Of a stretch of DNA of 32,000 nucleotides, positions 1-5,399 are shown piece after piece. The notes beneath the pieces are model-generated. The model made no database searches, was not told the DNA's origin, and saw nothing but the letters and a program-made list of their open reading frames with translations. Within the stretch, counting starts at the first letter, position 1. Every line of letters starts with the position of its first letter. Source of the stretch: Megasphaera elsdenii DSM 20460 (GTDB lineage Bacteria > Bacillota > Negativicutes > Veillonellales > Megasphaeraceae); contig NZ_CP027570.1 of assembly GCF_003010495.1 (NCBI RefSeq), forward strand, positions 1,050,001 to 1,082,000, written 5' to 3'. The translations under genes and the position numbers were made by a program.

Positions 1-339
1 GTCGGTACGGTGTGGTGCTTGAAGTATTTGGGCATCGAACAGGTTGCCGCATCGCCTATCCATGCGGGAAGCGGCTTTGTCCGCTGCGCGCACGGTATCA
101 TGCCCGTACCGGCACCGGCAACGGCGGAACTCCTGGCCGGGATTCCCTGGTACGCTACGGACATCAAAGGAGAACTGGTCACGCCGACCGGCGCGGCCTT
201 AGTGAAAGTCCTGGCCCATGCCGGCGTCCGCCCGAAAGATTTCGTTTATGATACCGTAGCTTACGGGGCTGGTACGAAAGACCTGACCATCCCCAACGTA
301 GTCCGCGGCTTCATCGGACAGGCGGAAGATATTTCGTAG
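1..339 (+). CDS. larC: LarC/DUF111-family nickel-insertion protein, 3' portion (ORF enters from upstream of the window)
   Basis: Frame 1 is open from base 1 to TAG 337-339. GSGFVRCAHGIMPVPAPATAELL...GELVTPTGAALV...YGAGTKDLTIPNVVR matches the conserved LarC N-domain core. Confidence 0.7.
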   Translation, partial: VGTVWCLKYLGIEQVAASPIHAGSGFVRCAHGIMPVPAPATAELLAGIPWYATDIKGELVTPTGAALVKVLAHAGVRPKDFVYDTVAYGAGTKDLTIPNVVRGFIGQAEDIS

Positions 340-381
340 TTCGTTCGTCGTTTATCGTTTATCGTTCGCCGTTCATCATAG
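340..381 (+). repeat. Heptamer tandem array, 6 units (ttcgttc gtcgttt atcgttt atcgttc gccgttc atcatag)
   Basis: Strict 7-nt period read directly. The array starts on the base after the larC stop codon. Confidence 0.85.
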
Positions 382-451
382 GGGCCATCCCAAAGGGCGG
401 CCCGCCTGATTCCGCTGCCATGGCGGGACGCCCTCTAGGCGTCCCCTACAG
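382..451 (+). repeat. Two GC-rich hairpins of the CCCCTACAG repeat module
   Basis: gggccatccc-aaag-ggcggccc, then gggacgcc-ctcta-ggcgtccc followed by ctacag. The same module recurs at 1272-1298, 4686-4699, 10021-10050, 21061-21095 and 21181-21205. Confidence 0.75.
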
Positions 452-488
452 AAAAAATGCTGACCGCATATGCGGCCAGCATTTTTTT
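452..488 (+). terminator. Rho-independent terminator after larC
   Basis: A-tract, 12-bp stem atgctgaccgca/tgcggccagcat (1 mismatch), then T6. Confidence 0.7.
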
Positions 489-489
489 C

Positions 490-518
490 TTGACAAATCT
501 CTGACGTCATGGTATTAT
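490..518 (+). promoter_or_regulatory. Sigma-70-type promoter P1 of the tRNA operon
   Basis: TTGACA (490-495), 17-nt spacer, TATTAT (513-518) preceded by TGg (extended -10). Confidence 0.5.
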
Positions 519-561
519 AATCAAGTACTGTGACGGGCGCAAGGCCCGCCGGAATACAGCG

Positions 562-590
562 TTGACATATCAATCCCGATGTGATATACT
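562..590 (+). promoter_or_regulatory. Sigma-70-type promoter P2 of the tRNA operon
   Basis: TTGACA (562-567), 17-nt spacer, TATACT (585-590). The first tRNA starts at 605. Confidence 0.55.
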
Positions 591-604
591 TAACAAGTCG
601 TCAT

Positions 605-679
605 GCGGAAGTAGCTCAGTGGTAGAGCATCACCTTGCCAAGGTGGGGGTCGCGAGTTCGAGTCTCGTTTTCCGCTCCA
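605..679 (+). tRNA. tRNA-Gly (GCC)
   Basis: Hand-folded cloverleaf: acceptor gcggaag/tttccgc, anticodon loop ttGCCaa, T-loop ttcgagt, encoded CCA. Confidence 0.95.
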
Positions 680-700
680 TTTCCTTCGGGAAGCTATTGT

Positions 701-776
701 TCCTCAATAGCTCAGTTGGTAGAGCAATCGGCTGTTAACCGATTTGTCGTAGGTTCGAGTCCTACTTGAGGAGCCA
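701..776 (+). tRNA. tRNA-Asn (GTT)
   Basis: Acceptor tcctcaa/ttgagga, anticodon stem atcgg/ccgat with loop ctGTTaa, T-arm gtagg-ttcgagt-cctac, CCA. Confidence 0.95.
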
Positions 777-779
777 TAC

Positions 780-854
780 AGGGGTGTCGCCAAGCGGTAA
801 GGCAACGGACTCTGACTCCGTCATTCGTAGGTTCGAATCCTACTACCCCTGCCA
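780..854 (+). tRNA. tRNA-Gln (CTG)
   Basis: Acceptor aggggtg/tacccct, anticodon stem acgga/tccgt with loop ctCTGac, T-arm gtagg-ttcgaat-cctac, CCA. Confidence 0.9.
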
Positions 855-859
855 AACAT

Positions 860-935
860 GATCCACTAGCTCAGTTGGCAGAGCACCTGACTTTTAATCA
901 GGGTGTCCCGAGTTCGAATCTCGGGTGGATCACCA
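860..935 (+). tRNA. tRNA-Lys (TTT)
   Basis: Acceptor gatccac/gtggatc, anticodon stem cctga/tcagg with loop ctTTTaa, T-arm ccgag-ttcgaat-ctcgg, CCA. Confidence 0.95.
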
Positions 936-950
936 CATTCCACATTACGT

Positions 951-1026
951 GGCCCCTTGGTCAAGCGGTCTAAGACATCGCCCTTTCACGGCGAGAACAT
1001 GGGTTCAAATCCCGTAGGGGTCACCA
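951..1026 (+). tRNA. tRNA-Glu (TTC)
   Basis: Acceptor ggcccct/aggggtc, anticodon stem tcgcc/ggcga with loop ctTTCac, T-loop ttcaaat, CCA. Confidence 0.95.
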
Positions 1027-1032
1027 CACCAT

Positions 1033-1108
1033 GGGCGATTAGCTCAGCTGGGAGAGCGCCTGCCTTACAAGCAGGATGTCAGCAGTTCGATCCTGTTATC
1101 GCCCACCA
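1033..1108 (+). tRNA. tRNA-Val (TAC)
   Basis: Acceptor gggcgat/atcgccc, anticodon stem cctgc/gcagg with loop ctTACaa, T-loop ttcgatc, CCA. Confidence 0.95.
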
Positions 1109-1109
1109 G

Positions 1110-1144
1110 AAAAAAAGACCTGTCACTTTGTGACAGGTCTTTTT
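1110..1144 (+). terminator. Rho-independent terminator of the tRNA operon
   Basis: A7, 10-bp stem agacctgtca/tgacaggtct, loop ctttg, T4. Confidence 0.85.
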
Positions 1145-1172
1145 GCGTTGTTAGTTGTTAGTGGCTAGTGGC
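1145..1172 (+). repeat. Heptamer array, 4 units (gcgttgt tagttgt tagtggc tagtggc)
   Basis: 7-nt period, directly after the tRNA terminator. Confidence 0.75.
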
Positions 1173-1217
1173 TCCCCTGTGAAGGGGAGCTGGCGCCGCA
1201 GGCGTCTGAGGGGTTCT
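1170..1217 (+). repeat. Double-hairpin ~48-nt motif, copy 1 (copy 2 at 30963-31012)
   Basis: ggctcccc-tgtgaa-ggggagc, then tgg cgcc-gca-ggcg tctgaggggttct. About 88% identical to copy 2, with stem-preserving changes. Confidence 0.75.
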
Positions 1218-1242
1218 GCCCATGACGAGTGATTTGCCGCCA

Positions 1243-1298
1243 CGGATTGCGACCTGCGGCCTGCGGTCTGCGGGCCGCCCTTTGGGCGTCCCCTACAG
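1243..1298 (+). repeat. Heptamer array (cggattg cgacctg cggcctg cggtctg cgggccg) fused to a GC hairpin ending CCCCTACAG
   Basis: 5 units of cgNNctg, then gggccgccc-tttg-ggcgtccc-ctacag. Confidence 0.8.
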
Positions 1299-1393
1299 TG
1301 AACAATATAAAATACGTATCACATTAGCCTGCGGATTGCACAATTTGCATAATCTATTTCTTCTGCTCATTTTATATATGCGTAATAATATGT

Positions 1394-1421
1394 TTGATTC
1401 CTATAAGTTTTGTATTATAAT
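1394..1421 (+). promoter_or_regulatory. Candidate pta promoter
   Basis: TTGATT (1394-1399), 16-nt spacer, TATAAT (1416-1421). RBS aaggag lies about 8 nt before ATG 1505. Confidence 0.45.
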
Positions 1422-1504
1422 GGATGGTAGCGATAGGATATTTTCCTTAGCCTAAGGACATATTCCTAATTATTTTCTAAGAACTTACAAGGAGTGGTAC
1501 CCAA

Positions 1505-2542
1505 ATGAGATTTACAGAAGATTTGAAAGCCCGCGTTTCCAAAGCACAGAAAAAAATCGTCCTTCCGGAAACGAACAGCCGTCGTGTATTGAAAGCTGCT
1601 GAACGCGTTTTGGCTGATGGTTTTGCTAAAATCGTTCTCGTAGGTAAACTGGAACAGATTAAGAAAGATGCTGCTAAATTCCAGATCGATCTCACCGGTG
1701 TCGAAGTTGTCGACCCTGAAACTTACTATCGTATGGACGAACTTTGCGCTTACTTCGCAAAACGTCGTGAAAAGAAAGGCATGACCCTGGAAAAAGCTCG
1801 TGAAATCATGCTCAACAACTACACCTTCTTCGCAGCTGGCCTCGTTGCTCTCGGTGAAGCTGACGGCTGCGTATCCGGTGCTGCTACGACTTCTGCTGAA
1901 GTTATCCGCGCTGGCCTTCAGGTCATCGGCCCCCGTCCTGGCAACAAAACCGTATCTTCCGCTTTCATTCTCTTGACCAACACTCCGCAGTATGGTGATA
2001 ACGGTATCCTCGTACTCGGTGACTGCGGCGTTATCCCCAACCCGACGTCGGAACAGCTCGCTGATATCGCTTGCATCTGCGTAGAACGTGCTCGTCGTAC
2101 CGTTCAGATCCTCAATCCGAAAGTTGCTTTCCTTTCCTACTCCACCAAAGGTTCTGGCGCTGGCGAATCCGTCGACAACGTACGCCATGCTGTTGAAATC
2201 CTGAAAGAACGCAACGTCGACTTCGACTTCGACGGCGAACTCCAGGCTGACGCTGCTCTCGTACCGGAAGTTGGCGAACACAAAGCACCGGGCTCCAAAG
2301 TTGCCGGCCATGCTAACGTCCTCATCTTCCCGAACCTCGATGCTGCTAACATCGGTTACAAGATGGTTCAGCGTTTCGCTAACGCAACGGCTCTTGGCCC
2401 CTTGGTCCAGGGCTTGGATAAACCTATCCTCGACTTGTCCCGTGGCTGCTCGTCTGAAGACGTTGCTGACGTCGTCGCTGTATGCTGCTCCGATGCCATC
2501 ACAGCTGACCTCTACAAAAAAGAACGTGCTCAGCAGCAGTAA
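1505..2542 (+). CDS. pta: Phosphate acetyltransferase (short form)
   Basis: 345 aa. KKIVLPE...RVLKAA..., GEADGCVSGAATTSAEVIRAGLQVIG and GLDKPILDLSRGCSSEDV are typical Pta/PTA_PTB motifs. Confidence 0.85.
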   Translation: MRFTEDLKARVSKAQKKIVLPETNSRRVLKAAERVLADGFAKIVLVGKLEQIKKDAAKFQIDLTGVEVVDPETYYRMDELCAYFAKRREKKGMTLEKAREIMLNNYTFFAAGLVALGEADGCVSGAATTSAEVIRAGLQVIGPRPGNKTVSSAFILLTNTPQYGDNGILVLGDCGVIPNPTSEQLADIACICVERARRTVQILNPKVAFLSYSTKGSGAGESVDNVRHAVEILKERNVDFDFDGELQADAALVPEVGEHKAPGSKVAGHANVLIFPNLDAANIGYKMVQRFANATALGPLVQGLDKPILDLSRGCSSEDVADVVAVCCSDAITADLYKKERAQQQ

Positions 2543-2556
2543 TTGCTGGCTGAATT

Positions 2557-2594
2557 AAAAAAGGGGCTGTCGCATTAAGCGAACAGCCCCTTTT
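2557..2594 (+). terminator. pta rho-independent terminator (also the group II intron insertion context)
   Basis: A6, stem ggggctgt/acagcccc, T4. The intron GTGCG begins 4 nt after the T-tract. Confidence 0.8.
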
Positions 2595-2598
2595 GTAG

Positions 2599-4496
2599 GT
2601 GCGCCCGGCATGGGCGCACTCTAATGGGTGAAAGTCCCTAAGCCGCCCGGTAGCGGGAAGGCTATAGCCAGAACCAAGGGTGTCCATCGTGAGATGGAAT
2701 CTGAAGGAAGGTCGAGGCAAATCTCTGGTCTGACGAACAGAAATCACATAAGGCTAGTCATGGGGATAAGGCCGCCTAACAGGTTGAAGTCCCATAGCTA
2801 CACGGAACCATGAATAGTAGATGTGGCAGACACATGGAGAGAAAGAGTGCGTTCTTACCCGGGGAGGCCTCATGGACATGATGGTGCCATATAGATTGGA
2901 CATCATGGTTGAAATAAGATTTATCATGAGGAGTCAGCCGAGGCCATAGTACCTTATGGGCTATAGACCATGAGGAAAGGGCCGAATCCTAGGAGATGTT
3001 AGTTAATGAAAGTAACCAATCATGGAATGAAAGACAGAAAACTTCATCAAGAAGGCTGTCCACAAAAAGAGGTTGCGGAACAACCGGGATATGTGGAAGC
3101 GTCTGCCCATGCGAGGATTGCTGAACACAACGACATCATTGCAAGCTTGCCAGCGGACAGTCTGTTGAAGCAGATTTTATCACGAGACAACTTAAATGGT
3201 GCCTATAAGAAGGTAAAGTCTAATCGAGGAACCGGCGGGGTCGACAGGATGAGTGTAGATGAACTTCTACCCTACCTGCGGGAACATCGCCTGGACCTCC
3301 TTCAGCAAATACGGAATGGGAAATATAAGCCCCAGCCAGTCCGTCGGGTTGAAATACCCAAAGAGGAAAAAGGGAAATTCCGGAAATTAGGAATCCCTAC
3401 GGTCGTAGACCGCATGATACAACAGGCGATTACGCAGGTTCTTGTGCCTATCTACGAGCCACAGTTTTCAGATAGCAGTTTCGGGTTCCGTCCCAAACGG
3501 GGCGCCCACGATGCGTTGAAACAATGCCAGGCCTATGCAGATGAGGGCTATGTCTACGTCGTAGACATGGACTTGGAGAAATTTTTCGACAATGTCTGCC
3601 AAAGCAAATTGATAGAAGTTCTGTCAAGGAGCGTAAAAGACGGCCGGGTCATCTCGCTGATACACCAATATCTCCATGCTGGTGTTATCCGGCATGGGAT
3701 GTTCGAACGAAGTGAACAGGGGGTTCCCCAAGGAGGGCCATTGAGTCCGCTCTTGAGTAACATCATGCTGAATGAGCTGGATAAGGAGCTGGAACGGCGC
3801 GGACATAAATTTGTCCGCTATGCAGATGACTGCATGATACTCTGCAAAAGCAGAAGAAGTGCCGAAAGGACCTTGGAAAGCATCACTCGATATATTGAGA
3901 AGAAATTATTTCTCAAGGTGAATCGAAATAAGACGCACGTAGCCCACATCCGCTATGTTAAATATCTGGGATATGGCTTCTACCGAAAGAATGGAAAATG
4001 CCGACTCCGGGTGCATCCGAAATCCATTACTAAGATGAAAGACCGTTTGCGGTTTATATTGAAACGAAGCAATGGAAAAGGAAACGAAGTGAGAGCCCTT
4101 CTATTGAAACGATTCATAAAGGGATGGGTGAATTACTTTAAACTAGCGAATATGAAGGAACTGCTAATTCAAATTGACAGATGGATTCGACGCAAAATAC
4201 GAACCATATACTGGAAACAATGGAAGAAGGTACGGACGAAACACCGGATGATAAGCCAATACGGCGCGCCCAAGTGGGTAGTGTTGGAAATGGCTAACTG
4301 CCGAAAAGGTCCGTGGCGAGCAGCGGCAATGCTGAACTCAGTTCTTACGAATAAAGAAATAGCCCGCCTTGGCTACATAACCATGACGAGCTATTACAAG
4401 CAAGTATGCGAAAACTAGGAAACCGCCGTGTACCGAACGGTACGCACGGTGGTGTGAGAGGTCGGGATTTCTACTCAGAAATCCCTCCTACTCGAT
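2599..4496 (+). mobile_element. Group II intron, bacterial class C-like (~1.9 kb)
   Basis: The 5' end is GTGCG at 2599. The RT/maturase ORF lies inside. Domain V is at 4422-4453 (ccgccgtg tacc gaac ggta CG cacggtgg, CGC triad). Domain VI is at 4455-4494 with bulged A4490. The 3' end ...gAT is at 4496. Insertion is just downstream of a terminator hairpin. Confidence 0.85.
3006..4418 (+). CDS. ltrA: Group II intron reverse transcriptase/maturase (no endonuclease domain evident)
   Basis: 470 aa. RT motifs include GVPQGGPLSPLLSN and FVRYADDCMILC (YADD). A C-terminal maturase X-like region is present (GWVNYF...). Confidence 0.92.
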   Translation: MKVTNHGMKDRKLHQEGCPQKEVAEQPGYVEASAHARIAEHNDIIASLPADSLLKQILSRDNLNGAYKKVKSNRGTGGVDRMSVDELLPYLREHRLDLLQQIRNGKYKPQPVRRVEIPKEEKGKFRKLGIPTVVDRMIQQAITQVLVPIYEPQFSDSSFGFRPKRGAHDALKQCQAYADEGYVYVVDMDLEKFFDNVCQSKLIEVLSRSVKDGRVISLIHQYLHAGVIRHGMFERSEQGVPQGGPLSPLLSNIMLNELDKELERRGHKFVRYADDCMILCKSRRSAERTLESITRYIEKKLFLKVNRNKTHVAHIRYVKYLGYGFYRKNGKCRLRVHPKSITKMKDRLRFILKRSNGKGNEVRALLLKRFIKGWVNYFKLANMKELLIQIDRWIRRKIRTIYWKQWKKVRTKHRMISQYGAPKWVVLEMANCRKGPWRAAAMLNSVLTNKEIARLGYITMTSYYKQVCEN

Positions 4497-4627
4497 TTCG
4501 TTTGGCGTGGTCCGTTTGCCGAAAATTCTCGCAGCTGCAAGAAAAATGATATCTGCATACAGCAGATTGTTAAAAATTTTAAACCTTCACGGCAAACGAG
4601 CCACGACCCACGGCAAACGACGTGAAC
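4497..4627. repeat. Palindromic heptamer-array element with a long spacer
   Basis: The left arm tcgtttg gcgtggt ccgtttg ccgaaaa (4498-4525) is complementary to the right arm ttcacgg caaacga gccacga cccacgg caaacga cgtgaac (4586-4627). The spacer contains ttaaaaattttaaacc. Confidence 0.7.
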
Positions 4628-4630
4628 CAA

Positions 4631-4676
4631 GGGATTGTGCATGATGGCAAAAGCCTTCGTGTGACAATCCCTTTTT
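4631..4676 (+). terminator. Terminator-like hairpin plus T-tract followed by GTAG
   Basis: Stem gggattgt/acaatccc with a large loop, then T5 and gtag. The context ccctttttgtag resembles the pta site ccccttttgtag. Confidence 0.35.
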
Positions 4677-4685
4677 GTAGTGAAA

Positions 4686-4734
4686 GGCGCCCCCTACAGC
4701 GATGAACGATGAACGACCAACGACGAACGATCAT
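4686..4734 (-). repeat. Heptamer array (minus strand: tcgttcg tcgttgg tcgttca tcgttca) plus CTGTAGGGGGCGCC
   Basis: Read on the minus strand, the array starts at the TGA stop of the 4731-5159 gene. It is homologous in layout and unit to 340-390. Confidence 0.8.
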
Positions 4735-5159
4735 TTATACCGTACGCGGCGGTTGCCGACGACCATGGTCGGGCTCAGGGTGCGGTAGACCATGTAGGTG
4801 AAGAACATGAAGCCGAAGAGGAAGACCAAGGCGTATTCGTCTGTGAGCGGGGCGTCTTTGGTGAAGTACCAGGCACAGGCCAGGGTCAGGATGAGGCTGG
4901 CGTACATGGAAATGGTGACGCACCACGTCCGCTGGCCGCGGTCGCGCATCTTATAGAAATCGTGGAATTTGACGTACATGGCGATGGTCCAGGTGACGAG
5001 GACGACAGCCAGTACGATGGGGACGATCAAGGGAAGGGGCAGATATGAGGATACGAGAACGAGGAGCATAAGGGCAAAGGTGCTGAGGAAAATCCCTTCC
5101 TGGCGTTTCAAATCCTGGCTGGAATCATCAGGGACAGCCGGGCGGTTACGACGAGACAT
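4731..5159 (-). CDS. Hypothetical small integral membrane protein (about 4 TM segments)
   Basis: 142 aa with hydrophobic stretches (LSTFALMLLVLVSSYL, IVPIVLAVVLVTWTIAM, etc.). RBS aaagga lies 9 nt upstream. No family recognised. Confidence 0.6.
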   Translation of the reverse strand: MSRRNRPAVPDDSSQDLKRQEGIFLSTFALMLLVLVSSYLPLPLIVPIVLAVVLVTWTIAMYVKFHDFYKMRDRGQRTWCVTISMYASLILTLACAWYFTKDAPLTDEYALVFLFGFMFFTYMVYRTLSPTMVVGNRRVRYK

Positions 5160-5191
5160 GAGTCATCATCCTTTCTATAGCATTATGTCTC

Positions 5192-5219
5192 ATTATAGCA
5201 TAGGTTGACTTTCTTTCAA
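5192..5219 (-). promoter_or_regulatory. Candidate promoter of the 4731-5159 gene
   Basis: On the minus strand: TTGAAA, 16-nt spacer, TATAAT. Confidence 0.45.
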
Positions 5220-5292
5220 CATTATGATAGCGTGAGGAGGTAAGGGCCGCCGTACAAAGGTGTTCGTCATTAACGATGGGACCTTTACTCTC

Positions 5293-5386
5293 TTTGTTTG
5301 ATGTTTGACGTTTGATGTTTGGGAATACGGTTTTTTAATTTAAAACCATTTACATCAAACATCAAACTTTTAACTTCAAACGTAAA
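5293..5386. repeat. Palindromic heptamer-array element
   Basis: Left arm tttgttt gatgttt gacgttt gatgttt. Core ggttttttaatttaaaacc. Right arm acatcaa acatcaa actttta acttcaa acgtaaa. A 16-bp stem with 1 mismatch forms next to the core. Confidence 0.8.
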
Positions 5387-5399
5387 AGGATGTGTGATT

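Noticed and set aside
903-1133. 76-aa ORF spanning the tRNA cluster.
   Set aside because: It is a translation through tRNA-Lys/Glu/Val genes whose cloverleaves fold perfectly. It is not coding.
1443-1457. Palindrome tccttag-c-ctaagga in the pta leader as a cre/operator site.
   Set aside because: It does not match the cre consensus (TGWAANCGNTNWCA) or any operator I recognise. A single short palindrome in AT-rich leader DNA is weak evidence.
1466-2311. Long antisense or alternative-frame ORFs inside well-supported genes. Examples: 1466-2311(-), 5376-6344(-), 6886-7368(+), 9240-9893(+), 14219-14974(-), 16260-16862(-), 18939-19484(-), 19754-20560(-), 21348-22349(-), 25382-26086(-).
   Set aside because: Each lies entirely opposite or out of frame to a gene with clear family motifs. 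Their translations are low-complexity with no recognisable domains. They are typical shadow ORFs of GC-rich coding sequence.
2499-2813. Short ORFs (2499-2747 minus, 2628-2813 plus) between pta and the RT gene.
   Set aside because: They fall in group II intron domain I RNA sequence, which is structured non-coding RNA.
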